Origin: Bacillota bacterium | GTDB lineage: Bacteria > Bacillota > Ch66 > Ch109 | NCBI GenBank assembly: GCA_050952625.1 | Contig: JBMNLH010000001.1 | Span: 352,001-416,000 of the forward strand | Direction: 5' to 3' | DNA: 64,000 bases | Part shown: in pieces, positions 19,430 through 29,523 of the stretch | Layout: each line of letters begins with the position of its first letter | Position numbering within the stretch: the first letter of the stretch is position 1 | The notes under the pieces: generated by a model | The model's database searches: none | The model's input: only the letters and a program-made list of their open reading frames with translations | What the model was told of the DNA's origin: nothing | Position numbers and translations under genes: made by a program

Positions 19430-20264
19430 GTTTACAATACCACTAGGAGACAAGATTAATGAACTATTTGATCACTTAATCCCAGTTCTTACCCCGGTAA
19501 CCAAAACAATAAGCAATATGCTGTCTTTAATCCTTAATGGCTTTCAAGATTTTCTGCTACTCGGCCCTTCTTGGCTGGTTATTATTTTGATTGGAGCTTT
19601 GGTCTGGTTTTTAGCTGGGAAAAGATTGGCCATCTTCGGTGTCCTTAGTTTGCTATTGATGCTGGGGTTTAACCTTTGGTCCCAAGCAATGGCCACTCTG
19701 TCTTTGGTTATAGTAGGTACCTTGATCGCTTTGGTCCTGGGAATTCCCCTGGGAATCTGGGCTTCGCAAAACAACGTAGTGGAAAAAACGATCCGACCGA
19801 TTTTAGATTTTATGCAGACCTTACCCAGCTTTGTTTATCTGATTCCCGCTGTAGTTTTTTTTGGGCTGGGAAAAGTAGCCGCTGTCGTCGCAACTCTGAT
19901 TTTTGCAATGCCCCCGGCAATACGTTTGACTAACTTGGGTATCCGTCAGGTGCCGGGTGACATGATTGAAGCCTCAAAGGCCTTTGGGGCGACACGAACA
20001 CAAATTTTGCTGGGCGTTCAGTTGCCGATTGCCTTGCCAACTATTATGGCTGGGGTTAACCAATGTATTATGATGTCTCTGTCAATGGCGGTAATTGCCG
20101 CAATGATTGGGGCCGGCGGTTTGGGGGGCGAGGTCCTTAAAGCTATGCAGACAGTCAATATTGGACAAGGGACTGAGGCGGGCATCGGTATCGTTGTTAT
20201 CGCTATTTTACTTGATCGGATCACCGAAAAGGTAACCGGCCCGCGGCGAACTTTGGATACCTAG
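19422..20264 (+). CDS. opuAB: Glycine betaine/proline ABC transporter permease
   Basis: RPILDFMQTLPSFVYLIP, PPAIRLTNLGIRQVP, AMIGAGGLG; no fused binding domain. Confidence 0.93.
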   Translation: MPEFTIPLGDKINELFDHLIPVLTPVTKTISNMLSLILNGFQDFLLLGPSWLVIILIGALVWFLAGKRLAIFGVLSLLLMLGFNLWSQAMATLSLVIVGTLIALVLGIPLGIWASQNNVVEKTIRPILDFMQTLPSFVYLIPAVVFFGLGKVAAVVATLIFAMPPAIRLTNLGIRQVPGDMIEASKAFGATRTQILLGVQLPIALPTIMAGVNQCIMMSLSMAVIAAMIGAGGLGGEVLKAMQTVNIGQGTEAGIGIVVIAILLDRITEKVTGPRRTLDT

Positions 20265-20293
20265 GTTTTTTATCCGAAAATGGTTTAGTACGT

Positions 20294-20416
20294 GTCATTG
20301 CTATGAATATAATATTATTTGTTTATTGTGATGCGGTTTACGCATGATAATCTGAGCGAAGCGAAGAATCCCTTCCCACGCTGAAAAGCAGGATCTTCGT
20401 TAACGCTCAGCATGAC
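20294..20416 (+). repeat. Dispersed repeat modules B+C (GTCATTGCTATGAATATA plus CTGAGCGAAGCGAAGAATCC palindrome)
   Basis: Aligns with 21707-21780; contains the hairpin CTGAGCGAAGCGAAGAATCC...GGATCTTCGTTAACGCTCAG. Confidence 0.75.
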
Positions 20417-20482
20417 ATACGTTCGAATGATTTTCCATCCCTTGGCTTCTACCCATTGGTAGGAGTTTTTTATTTTAATCAC

Positions 20483-20583
20483 AAGACACCCACTTCTCTA
20501 AGTGGACGTACATTGTTCTAACTCCCGGTGGAGTAGAGACTCCGCCTTAGGCCTTGATGTCCAGCGAAGATGGGCATGCTCAC
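20483..20583. mobile_element. Possible IS200/IS605-derived end remnant
   Basis: CCACTT-CTCT-AAGTGG hairpin and ...TCAC end resemble IS605-type ends recalled from Firmicutes; no transposase. Confidence 0.3.
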
Positions 20584-20666
20584 ATTAAATATAAAATTAA
20601 TTGAGTTTTAGAGTATAATATAAGTAAGGTTAAAAAAGGCGGACTGTCCAATGGGGATTGAGTTGT

Positions 20667-20713
20667 CGCGATCATGGTTTTTCATGCTTTGACAGTGTTG
20701 TCAAGCAGCAGGG
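20667..20713 (+). repeat. Dispersed repeat module A (TTTTTCATG type)
   Basis: 34/47 ungapped identity to the reverse complement of 8971-9017. Confidence 0.7.
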
Positions 20714-20762
20714 TCTATCTAGATTTTGTTAACCTAAGTATTCTCGGAAGGCGGGAACGCGG

Positions 20763-21542
20763 GTGGGTTTCTACAAAACAGAGGCGATAGTACTGCGTAC
20801 CCGGGAGTGGCGAGAAGCCGATCAGTTAGTCACTCTGCTTTCTCCGGATCTGGGTCGATTTAAGGTGGTAGCTCGGGGCGCTCGTAAACCCCGAAGCCGT
20901 CTGCGCGGGGGAATCCAGCCCTTTACCCAGGCCAGACTGATGTTGCATACTGGTCGGTCCCTAGATATTCTAACTGGCAGTGACACCTGTAAATGTTTTT
21001 ATTTTCGGGAAGATTTAGAAAAATTGACGTGGGCTGTCTATTGGGCTGATCTGCTTAATCGGCTCTTGCCGGAAAAGGAGCCTAATCCGGCAGTGTACTC
21101 TTTGTTTCTTCAGTTTCTTTATCTTTTAGAGTCAATAGAATCTATTAACAAAGAGCGGATTGAGAGTCAGATCTTAAATCATTTGTTTGAGCTAAAATTA
21201 ATTAGTCTAGTCGGTTATCGGCCAGAACTTACCCACTGTGTTAACTGCCAGAAGGCCCTGTCCTTAACCAGTGAACAGATTTGGTTTAGCCCAGCGAGAG
21301 GCGGAACAGTCTGCCGTCTTTGTTTCCAGGCATTAGGGTCCGGGGTATTGCCGGTGTCATCGGGAACACTAGCCTTACTAAAGCACTGGCTAAGGATGGA
21401 TGCCCAACAGTTTCGGCGAGTTAGGCCTTCAGAGTCCAATCTCAAGGAATTGGAGCGGTTGCTGCCAGGTTTTTTAGAGTATCATTTGGAGCAGGGTCTA
21501 CCCTCCAGGAAACTAGTGAGGAACTTGGTTGATAAGGAGTGA
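20763..21542 (+). CDS. recO: DNA repair protein RecO
   Basis: TEAIVLR, EAD, ARGARKPRSRL, GYRPEL..CVNC...GGTVC..C zinc finger. Confidence 0.95.
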   Translation: MGFYKTEAIVLRTREWREADQLVTLLSPDLGRFKVVARGARKPRSRLRGGIQPFTQARLMLHTGRSLDILTGSDTCKCFYFREDLEKLTWAVYWADLLNRLLPEKEPNPAVYSLFLQFLYLLESIESINKERIESQILNHLFELKLISLVGYRPELTHCVNCQKALSLTSEQIWFSPARGGTVCRLCFQALGSGVLPVSSGTLALLKHWLRMDAQQFRRVRPSESNLKELERLLPGFLEYHLEQGLPSRKLVRNLVDKE

Positions 21543-21619
21543 GGGGTGACAAGTCAGGAGTTAGAGTGATTTTTGAGGCATAACGTTTGCAGGGAAGTGC
21601 TAAAGTTAGTAAGTAAATT

Positions 21620-21780
21620 AACACGTATATGTTGTTTGTGTTATTTTTGTTGGTGGTTGTGCCTAACCGGCATGGGCGGTTAGTAAGAAAATAGTTTTAG
21701 TGTCGGGTCATTGCTATGAATATAGCTGTTATTTGTTTATGTGGTGCGGTAAGTATGAAAATTCTGAGCGAAGCGAAGAT
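21620..21780 (+). repeat. Compound intergenic repeat (modules D-A-B-C)
   Basis: AACACGT...GTGTTATTT (inverse of 61278-61305), GGTGGTTGTGCC...GGCATGGGCGGTTA, GTCATTGCTATGAATATA, TTCTGAGCGAAGCGAAG. Confidence 0.75.
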
Positions 21781-21852
21781 GCTTGACCACAGGTGGTTAG
21801 CATAAATATTTCAGGACAGGGGAGAATATTCCTGGAAGGTGGGGGATAAATA

Positions 21853-22287
21853 ATGGAAGATAGTCGAGTAAATTTGGAAAAGGTTGATCTAATTCGGCAA
21901 CGGCTAGGAGTGGGTTATCGCGAAGCCAAAGAGGCTCTGGAGCAGGCTAATGGCGATGTGGTCCAAGCTCTAGTTTTTTTGGAAAGTCAACAGTATCGAT
22001 TAGACGAAAAAGTCGAAACTGAAGGGCGCCGGTTATGGGAACAGATAAAAGGCTTGATTCGTAAAGGAAATGTGAATAAGATTCGTTTGAAAAAAGATGA
22101 TCGAGTACTGGCAGAGATTCCAGTTAGTGTTGGTGCCTTGGGAGCCGTGGGTATAGTGGCTGTACCGCCGCTGGCCGTGTTGGGCGTGGCTGGAACCTTG
22201 GCTGCTTTAGCGACCAATTGCAGTCTGGAAATCGAACGGCCGGATGGGACAATTGAAGAACAAGAGATAGAGAAGATTGACATTTGA
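21853..22287 (+). CDS. DUF4342 protein with N-terminal UBA-like domain
   Basis: LEKVDLIR.R.GVGY.EAKEALEQANGDVVQAL; IKGLIRKGNV.KI.LKKDD..LAEIPV; usual recO-glyQ neighbour. Confidence 0.85.
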   Translation: MEDSRVNLEKVDLIRQRLGVGYREAKEALEQANGDVVQALVFLESQQYRLDEKVETEGRRLWEQIKGLIRKGNVNKIRLKKDDRVLAEIPVSVGALGAVGIVAVPPLAVLGVAGTLAALATNCSLEIERPDGTIEEQEIEKIDI

Positions 22288-22325
22288 AACCGGTTTTGCT
22301 ACATTATTAAAATAAAAATATCGCC

Positions 22326-22590
22326 AGCTTTGATGAAGAAGAGTACCTATTTCAAGGCCTGATCAGAGAGCCGGCAGAAGGTGCGAGCCGGTAGGGTTGA
22401 GATGGGGAAGGCACTTCGGAGCTGTAAGAGGAAAGCTAAACTATCAGAAGTAATGCATTGATTCTGCTGAGGGTTTAGTGAGTAAAACTTACTTTGAATT
22501 AAGGTGGACTCGAAAGGGTCAAACAGGGTGGAACCGCGGGAAATAACCTCTCGTCCCTGCATTAAACTGCACGGACCGGGAGGTTTGTTA
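22326..22590 (+). ncRNA. Glycine T-box riboswitch
   Basis: Stem I with AGAGAG and GGTGCGA; specifier GAA-GGC-A (Gly); T-box AGGGTGGAACCGCG; terminator CCTCTCGTCC...GGACCGGGAGG-TTTGTT. Confidence 0.92.
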
Positions 22591-22659
22591 TTTATTTATC
22601 TATATAAAAGGGGGGAAGGGGCAGTTTGATCCGGAAAATGGGTCCTACTGCACGTAAGA

Positions 22660-23571
22660 ATGAATTTTCAGGATTTAATCCTGGCTTTGAACCAGTTTTG
22701 GGGAGAGCAGGGCTGTATCATTCAGCAGCCCTATGACATGGAAAAGGGAGCTGGAACCATGAATCCAGCCACTGCCTTACGGGTTTTGGGTCCAGAGCCC
22801 TGGAATGTCGCTTATGTGGAGCCTTCCCGACGACCAACTGATGGTCGCTATGGCGAGAATCCCAACCGGTTGCAGCACTATTACCAATACCAGGTTATTC
22901 TCAAGCCCTCGCCGTTAAATGTCCTGGAGCTTTACTTAGAAAGCCTGCGCCGCATCGGGATAGATCCGTTGGAGCACGACATTCGCTTTGTCGAGGACAA
23001 CTGGGAATCCCCGACCTTGGGTGCCTGGGGATTAGGCTGGGAGGTCTGGCTGGATGGCATGGAGGTAACTCAGTTCACCTACTTCCAGCAGTGCGGGGGG
23101 ATTGATTGCCGGCCAGTCTGCGCAGAAATAACCTACGGGATCGAACGCTTAGCCATGTTTATTCAGAAAAAGGATAGTGTTTTCGATATTGAGTGGGTGA
23201 ATGGGATTACTTACGGGGATGTTCATCATCAGGGTGAGGTTGACTATTCCCACTACAACTTTGAGGTAGCAGATACGGATGCTTTATTCACTTGGTTTGA
23301 GATGTACGAAAAAGAGGCCCTGCGGGTAGTAGAAAAAGGTCTGGTGCAACCGGCCTATGATTACGTCCTCAAGTGTTCGCATACCTTTAACCTGCTGGAT
23401 GCTCGGGGAGCGATCAGTGTTACAGAGCGGACCGGCTTTATTGCCCGGGTGCGGAATTTAGCCCGAACCTGCGCTCAGGCCTATGTTGAACAGCGGGAAC
23501 GGTTAAACTATCCCCTGCTGAAAGACCCGGCCCTGCGTGAGGAACTGGGGTTAGCCCCACAAAAATTGTGA
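22660..23571 (+). CDS. glyQ: Glycyl-tRNA synthetase alpha subunit
   Basis: [51 protein letters not shown]. Confidence 0.98.
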   Translation: MNFQDLILALNQFWGEQGCIIQQPYDMEKGAGTMNPATALRVLGPEPWNVAYVEPSRRPTDGRYGENPNRLQHYYQYQVILKPSPLNVLELYLESLRRIGIDPLEHDIRFVEDNWESPTLGAWGLGWEVWLDGMEVTQFTYFQQCGGIDCRPVCAEITYGIERLAMFIQKKDSVFDIEWVNGITYGDVHHQGEVDYSHYNFEVADTDALFTWFEMYEKEALRVVEKGLVQPAYDYVLKCSHTFNLLDARGAISVTERTGFIARVRNLARTCAQAYVEQRERLNYPLLKDPALREELGLAPQKL

Positions 23572-23682
23572 TTTCTTATGTTTTATCCACCCGCTCGTTA
23601 AGCTAGGCTCAGCTATCAATTAAAGCAACAATAACGAGTACAAGCGTGATTAACGTTGGGTTAGAGTAGACCCCGATGCCCG

Positions 23683-23831
23683 GTCATTCTGAACGAAGTG
23701 ATGAATTTTTCGCCCTTTGTTACACTCCAGATAACAGAGTCAAGTAAACACGTATAAATAGTTATATCCATAGCAATGACAATAGGAGTAATTTTAAATT
23801 ATGAGGGACAGCGAACCTGTCCCCCTGTCCC
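23683..23831. repeat. Repeat cluster between glyQ and glyS (module C, inverted module B, REP-like GGGACA palindrome)
   Basis: GTCATTCTGAACGAAGTGATGAAT; TATATCCATAGCAATGAC (inverse of module B); GGGACAGCGAACCTGTCCCCCTGTCCC. Confidence 0.7.
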
Positions 23832-23848
23832 GGAGGAGGATTAAATAA

Positions 23849-25942
23849 ATGCCTCGAACCTTATTATTGGAGATTGGTACCGAAGAAATCCCAGCGCGGT
23901 TTATGAAATCAGCCTTGGCTCAATTGAAGGAGTTGGCTGAAAAGACTTTGCTCGAAGAAAGAATTGATTATACCGAGGCCATGGCCTACGGTACGCCACG
24001 ACGTCTGGCATTAATAATTAAAGGAGTAGCGGAAGAGCAGCAGGAGAAAGTAGAAGAGGTCAAGGGTCCGGCCAAAAAAGCAGCTTTTGATGCGGCTGGC
24101 CTGCCAACTAAAGCAGCTCAGGGATTTGCCCGGAGTCAAGGGGTGGCGGTAGACAAGCTGGAGATTCGGACCACGCCAGCCGGTGAATACCTTTTTGCGA
24201 TCAAACAAATCCAGGGCCGTCCAACGGTTGAAGTATTAATAGAGAAGCTGCCGGAGCTAATCACCAGTCTGAGTTTTCCTAAGCCAATGCGCTGGGGCTA
24301 CGGTGAAATGCGGTTTGCCCGGCCGATCCACTGGCTGGTTGCCCTTTATGGCCAGGAAGTAGTTCCGTTTACCCTGGCTGGTTTGACTAGTGGTCGGATA
24401 ACCTATGGCCACCGTTTTCTGGGTCAAGGAGCAATTACTCTGGCTGAGGCTGAGGACTACCTGCCGCGTTTGGAGGAGAATTTCGTAATCGCTGACCAAG
24501 AAAAGCGCCGTTCCTTGATCTGGCAGCAGATTCAGGAACTGGCCCGGCAGGAAGGCGGTCGAGTAGAACCAGACGAAGAACTGCTGGAAGAGGTGACGCA
24601 CCTATTAGAATATCCAACCGCCCTCTGCGGTTGTTTTGCGGACCATTATTTAGAACTGCCGGAAGAAGTCCTGATCACGCCGATGCGGGAACACCAGCGT
24701 TATTTTCCGGTTCGAAACGAAGCCGGTCAGCTATTATCCAAGTTTATTACGGTCCGCAATGGGACCGCGGATCACCTGGAAATTGTCCGAGAAGGCAACG
24801 AAAAAGTCTTAAGGGCGCGTTTGGCTGATGCTCGGTTCTTCTTTGAGGAAGATCTCAAGGTGCCGTTGGAACAAAACATTGAGAAATTAGGCAAAATAGT
24901 CTTTCAGGAAAGCCTGGGAATGGTTTCGGACAAGGTCCAGCGGATCCGGGCTTTGGCCGGGTACCTGGCCCAGCAGTTAGCCTGGCCGGCTGAACGGCTG
25001 GCTGAGCTTGACCGAGCCGCCCTGTTAGCCAAAACGGACCTGGTGACGAATATGGTTTATGAATTTCCGGAACTCCAGGGAATCATGGGGGCCGAGTATG
25101 CCCGGCGCGGGGGAGAACCGGCCGAGGTAGCGCAGGCCATCTTTGAGCACTATCTGCCCCGGCAGGCGGGAGACATTCTGCCGGCTACCGAATTAGGCAT
25201 GGTTGTGAGTTTGGCGGATAAATTCGATACGATTACCGGGTGCTTTGCCGTGGGCATCCAGCCAACCGGTTCCCAAGACCCTTATGCTTTAAGGCGTCAG
25301 GCCTTGGGGATTTGCCGGATAATGCTGGACCGGGATCTGGAAATTTCTCTGAGCACGCTAATTGAGAAGGCCTACCGTTTGTATACTGAAGCGGGTCAGG
25401 TCCGGCTGAAGCTGACTCAAGAACAGGTCACCCAGGAAATATTGGAGTTCTTTAAACAGCGGCTGCGGAATATCTTGAGTGACAGGGGGATTGCTTATGA
25501 TGTTCTGGAGGCTGTTCTGGCGGTCGGCTTTGATAATCTGCCGGACCTGAAACGTCGAGCGGATGGGGTTCAAGCCTTTAGACAGCGAACGGAGTTTGCT
25601 GATTTGATTACTGCTTATACCCGGGCGAATAACTTAGCCCGGCACGCCGATACTGATTTGGTCGATGAGTCCAAATTCGTCGAACCGGTGGAAGGTCGTT
25701 TGTTTGGCGTCCTTGTTCGGGCTCGGGCTGAGGTTCAGGAGGCTTTGCAGCAGAAGGATATTTCGCGAGCTCTGGAAAGCGTAGCGACTCTGCGAGAGCC
25801 GATTGGCGAATTTTTTGAAGGAGTAATGGTAATGGTCGAGGACCAGGCCATTCGGCAAAACCGTTTAGGTCTATTAAAGCTGGTTTCTAACCTGGCGGCT
25901 AAAATTGCTGATTTTTCTCGATTAGTGGGGCAAATTGATTAA
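23849..25942 (+). CDS. glyS: Glycyl-tRNA synthetase beta subunit
   Basis: LLEIGTEEIPA, TPRRLA, MRWG, HQRYFP, EFPELQGIMG, PTGSQDPYALRR. Confidence 0.98.
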   Translation: MPRTLLLEIGTEEIPARFMKSALAQLKELAEKTLLEERIDYTEAMAYGTPRRLALIIKGVAEEQQEKVEEVKGPAKKAAFDAAGLPTKAAQGFARSQGVAVDKLEIRTTPAGEYLFAIKQIQGRPTVEVLIEKLPELITSLSFPKPMRWGYGEMRFARPIHWLVALYGQEVVPFTLAGLTSGRITYGHRFLGQGAITLAEAEDYLPRLEENFVIADQEKRRSLIWQQIQELARQEGGRVEPDEELLEEVTHLLEYPTALCGCFADHYLELPEEVLITPMREHQRYFPVRNEAGQLLSKFITVRNGTADHLEIVREGNEKVLRARLADARFFFEEDLKVPLEQNIEKLGKIVFQESLGMVSDKVQRIRALAGYLAQQLAWPAERLAELDRAALLAKTDLVTNMVYEFPELQGIMGAEYARRGGEPAEVAQAIFEHYLPRQAGDILPATELGMVVSLADKFDTITGCFAVGIQPTGSQDPYALRRQALGICRIMLDRDLEISLSTLIEKAYRLYTEAGQVRLKLTQEQVTQEILEFFKQRLRNILSDRGIAYDVLEAVLAVGFDNLPDLKRRADGVQAFRQRTEFADLITAYTRANNLARHADTDLVDESKFVEPVEGRLFGVLVRARAEVQEALQQKDISRALESVATLREPIGEFFEGVMVMVEDQAIRQNRLGLLKLVSNLAAKIADFSRLVGQID

Positions 25943-26047
25943 AATCTAACTCTTTCTAGTGCTTGATACCAGCAGGAAAACGAGACCAGGATGTAGTAAA
26001 ATAATACTATTGGTTTCCTTAGAAAGGGTTAGAAGGAAGGGGTAGCT

Positions 26048-26866
26048 ATGGCCGAAGGAATAAAGCCAGTGATTTATGTGATCTCTGATTCTTTAGGCGA
26101 AACCGCTGAGATGGTCGCCCGAGCTGCTGCCAGTCAGTTTGATGGGGGACGTTCAGAAATCCGACGAATTCCTTATGTTAACACTTTGGAGCATTTAGAA
26201 GATGTCTTAAATGAGGCTAGCACAGTCGGGGCCGTTATTGCCTACACCGTTATTCTGCCTGAGTTACGGCAGCAGATGCAGCACCTTATCCAGGAAAAGA
26301 ATCTAATCGCCGTAGATATCCTGGGGCCAATGGTGGAGGCGGTTGGCCGTCGCTATGGACTGACTCCTAAACTCAAACCAGGATTGCTGTGGCAGATGGA
26401 CGAGCAATACTTTCGTCGAGTCGAGGCCATTGAATTTGCTGTAAAATACGATGATGGCAAGGATGCACGCGGTCTGCCCCTGGCTGATATAGTCCTAATC
26501 GGAGTTTCTCGGACCTCGAAAACGCCGCTCAGTATGTATCTGGCGCACAAGCGATTAAAAGTTGCCAATGTTCCATTGGTGCCAGAGGTGCCTTTACCGA
26601 AGGAATTAACGGAAATTCCGTCTCGTCGGGTGGTAGCTTTAACTATTAAGCCAAATCTTTTAAATTCTATTCGGACCGAGCGGTTAAAGGCCCTGGGGCT
26701 GGCTTCAAATGCCAGTTATGCCAGTATGGATAGAATATTAAGGGAATTAGAGTATGCAGAACAAGTTGTGAAACGACTGGGTTGTCCGGTAATTGATGTG
26801 ACCAACAAGGCAATTGAGGAAACAGCCAGCCGTATTCTGGAAATCTATAACAAGGGGGAGCAGTAA
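26048..26866 (+). CDS. ppsR: PPDK regulatory kinase/pyrophosphorylase (YqfL/PpsR)
   Basis: [35 protein letters not shown]; adjacent to ppdK. Confidence 0.95.
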   Translation: MAEGIKPVIYVISDSLGETAEMVARAAASQFDGGRSEIRRIPYVNTLEHLEDVLNEASTVGAVIAYTVILPELRQQMQHLIQEKNLIAVDILGPMVEAVGRRYGLTPKLKPGLLWQMDEQYFRRVEAIEFAVKYDDGKDARGLPLADIVLIGVSRTSKTPLSMYLAHKRLKVANVPLVPEVPLPKELTEIPSRRVVALTIKPNLLNSIRTERLKALGLASNASYASMDRILRELEYAEQVVKRLGCPVIDVTNKAIEETASRILEIYNKGEQ

Positions 26867-26871
26867 AAGGA

Positions 26872-29523
26872 ATGGGAGAGAACAAAAAATACGTCTACTT
26901 ATTTGAAGAAGGCAGAGCTGACATGAAAGATCTCCTGGGGGGTAAGGGAGCTGGTCTGGCGGAGATGACCAATATCGGTTTATCGGTCCCGCCCGGGGTA
27001 ACCATAACTACTGAGGCCTGTATAGAGTTTTACAAGAATGGGAAGCAGTTTCCAGCCGGGATGGAAGAGCAGTTGGCCGAAAAATTTCAGATTGTTCAGG
27101 ACCGATTAGGCAAAAAGTTTGGTGATCCAGGCAACCCCTTGCTGGTTTCAGTTCGTTCCGGGGCCCCGGTCTCGATGCCGGGAATGATGGACACGATCTT
27201 AAACCTGGGTTTGAATGACGAGACTGTTAAAGGTTTTGCGGCTCAGACCAATAATGAGCGTTTTGCGCTGGATTGCTACCGGCGGTTTATTCAAATGTTT
27301 TCTGATGTCGTCATGAAGGTGGATCGGGACAAGTTTGAACATGTCCTGGAGCGGTTTAAAGAAAAACAGGGCGTGCAGATAGACGCCGACTTAAGTGTTG
27401 ATAGTTTGCAGAAAATCGTGGAAGAATTTAAACAGGTTGTCCGTAATTCTACCGGCCAGGATTTTCCCCAGGATACGCAACAGCAGTTATTAATGGCGGT
27501 GCACGCTGTTTTTAATTCCTGGGATAATGATAAGGCTATTCTGTACCGTAAAATTAATAAGATTCCGGATGACTTGGGCACGGCAGTTAATGTCCAATGC
27601 ATGGTGTTTGGCAACTCGGGCAATGACAGTGGAACCGGCGTGGCTTTTACCCGGAACCCATCGACCGGTGAAAAAACCCTGTATGGTGAATTCTTGGTTA
27701 ACGCCCAGGGCGAGGACGTCGTGGCCGGAATTAGAACCCCTCAGACGATCGCTAGTATGGCTGAGGAATTCCCCGGCGTCTTTGAGCAATTTGTCCGGAC
27801 TTGCCAGATTTTAGAACAGCATTACCGGGATATGCAGGATATCGAGTTTACCGTCGAGCGGGGTAAACTGTACATGCTGCAGACTCGGACCGCTAAACGT
27901 ACTTCGGCTGCTTCCATCAAAGCTGCTTTAGACATGGTTGAAGAAGGCTTGATTACTAAGGAAGAGGCTCTGTTGCGGGTGGACCCGGTCCAGTTGAATC
28001 AATTGCTACATAGGCAGATTGATGCTTCAGCTACCTTGAATGAGATCGCGCGCGGCCTGCCAGCTTCACCCGGGGCCGCTACCGGCCTGGTCGTGTTTGA
28101 TGCTAATGAAGCGGAGCGCCTAGGCAAAGCCGGGCAGAAGGTGATTTTGGTCCGGAATGAGACGACTCCCGATGATATTCATGGGATTGTCATGGCTCAG
28201 GGAATTTTGACCAGTCGAGGGGGGATGACCAGTCACGCTGCGGTTGTGGCCCGGAGTATGGGCAAACCCTGTATCTGTGGGGCCGAGAGCATTACCATCG
28301 ATTATGCTGCGAAAATATTTAAAACTGGTGGCGTAGTGATTAAAGAAGGCGAGATTATTTCCATGGACGGCGGCACTGGCCGGGTCTTTGCCGGCGAGGT
28401 GCCCATGGTTGACCCCGGAGCCAGTCGCGAATTTGAACAGCTTTTGCAGTGGGCTGATGAGACCCGGACCTTGAAAATCAGAGCCAACAGCGATACCCCG
28501 GAAGACGCTCGCAAAGCCCGGGAGTTTGGAGCCGAGGGGATTGGTCTCTGTCGCACTGAGCACATGTTTATGGCCCTGGATCGACTGCCCATCGTGCAGC
28601 AGATGATTTTAGCCGAGAGTATTGAAGAACGGCAAGCTGCGTTAAACAAGCTATTACCGGTGCAGCAAGGAGATTTTTATGGAATATTTGAGGCCATGGA
28701 AGGTCTCCCAGTTACTATTCGTCTTTTAGATCCGCCTCTGCATGAGTTCTTACCCAATGCGGAGGAGCTGTTAGTTGAGTTAACCAAGCTCAGAATCACT
28801 CAGGGAGATGCTAAGGAAATTGCGGCCAAAGAAAACCTGTTGAATAAGGTTAAGGCTTTGTCTGAATTTAACCCAATGCTAGGCCACCGCGGCTGCCGGT
28901 TAGGCATCACTTTCCCCGAGATTTACGCCATGCAGGCGCGGGCGATTTTCCAAGCCGTGGCTCAACTGGTCAAAGAAGGCCGGAAGATCTTCCCGGAAGT
29001 TGAGATTCCATTGGTTATGGATCAGGCCGAATTAGCTTTTCTCCGGCAGCAAACTGTGGAGATTGCTGAGCAAGTCATGCAGGAACAGGGGATTCGTTTC
29101 GAATACAAGGTGGGCACGATGATTGAGCTGCCCCGGGCTTGTTTGGTCGCTGATGAGATTGCTAAACACGCTGATTTCTTTTCCTTTGGCACCAACGATC
29201 TTACCCAGACCACCTTTGGCTTTAGCCGGGATGATGCGGAGGGTAAATTCCTTAATGCCTATGTCGAGCGCAAGGTGCTGAAAGAAAGTCCCTTTGTCGT
29301 CCTGGATCGAAATGGCGTTGGCCAATTGATGCGTCTGGGAATTGAAAAAGGCCGGCAGACGCGTCCTGATCTAGAGATCGGCATTTGCGGCGAGCACGGT
29401 GGAGAGCCGAATTCGATTGAGTTTTGTCACCTGATCGGCCTTGATTACGTGAGCTGTTCTACTTATCGGGTGCCAATTGCCCGGTTAGCGGCAGCCCAGG
29501 CCGCTATAAACAATAAAGGCTAA
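26872..29523 (+). CDS. ppdK: Pyruvate, phosphate dikinase
   Basis: LLGGKGA, SVRSGA..SMPGMMDTILNLG, GGMTSHAAVVAR, GIGLCRTEHMF, SFGTNDLTQ. Confidence 0.98.
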   Translation: MGENKKYVYLFEEGRADMKDLLGGKGAGLAEMTNIGLSVPPGVTITTEACIEFYKNGKQFPAGMEEQLAEKFQIVQDRLGKKFGDPGNPLLVSVRSGAPVSMPGMMDTILNLGLNDETVKGFAAQTNNERFALDCYRRFIQMFSDVVMKVDRDKFEHVLERFKEKQGVQIDADLSVDSLQKIVEEFKQVVRNSTGQDFPQDTQQQLLMAVHAVFNSWDNDKAILYRKINKIPDDLGTAVNVQCMVFGNSGNDSGTGVAFTRNPSTGEKTLYGEFLVNAQGEDVVAGIRTPQTIASMAEEFPGVFEQFVRTCQILEQHYRDMQDIEFTVERGKLYMLQTRTAKRTSAASIKAALDMVEEGLITKEEALLRVDPVQLNQLLHRQIDASATLNEIARGLPASPGAATGLVVFDANEAERLGKAGQKVILVRNETTPDDIHGIVMAQGILTSRGGMTSHAAVVARSMGKPCICGAESITIDYAAKIFKTGGVVIKEGEIISMDGGTGRVFAGEVPMVDPGASREFEQLLQWADETRTLKIRANSDTPEDARKAREFGAEGIGLCRTEHMFMALDRLPIVQQMILAESIEERQAALNKLLPVQQGDFYGIFEAMEGLPVTIRLLDPPLHEFLPNAEELLVELTKLRITQGDAKEIAAKENLLNKVKALSEFNPMLGHRGCRLGITFPEIYAMQARAIFQAVAQLVKEGRKIFPEVEIPLVMDQAELAFLRQQTVEIAEQVMQEQGIRFEYKVGTMIELPRACLVADEIAKHADFFSFGTNDLTQTTFGFSRDDAEGKFLNAYVERKVLKESPFVVLDRNGVGQLMRLGIEKGRQTRPDLEIGICGEHGGEPNSIEFCHLIGLDYVSCSTYRVPIARLAAAQAAINNKG

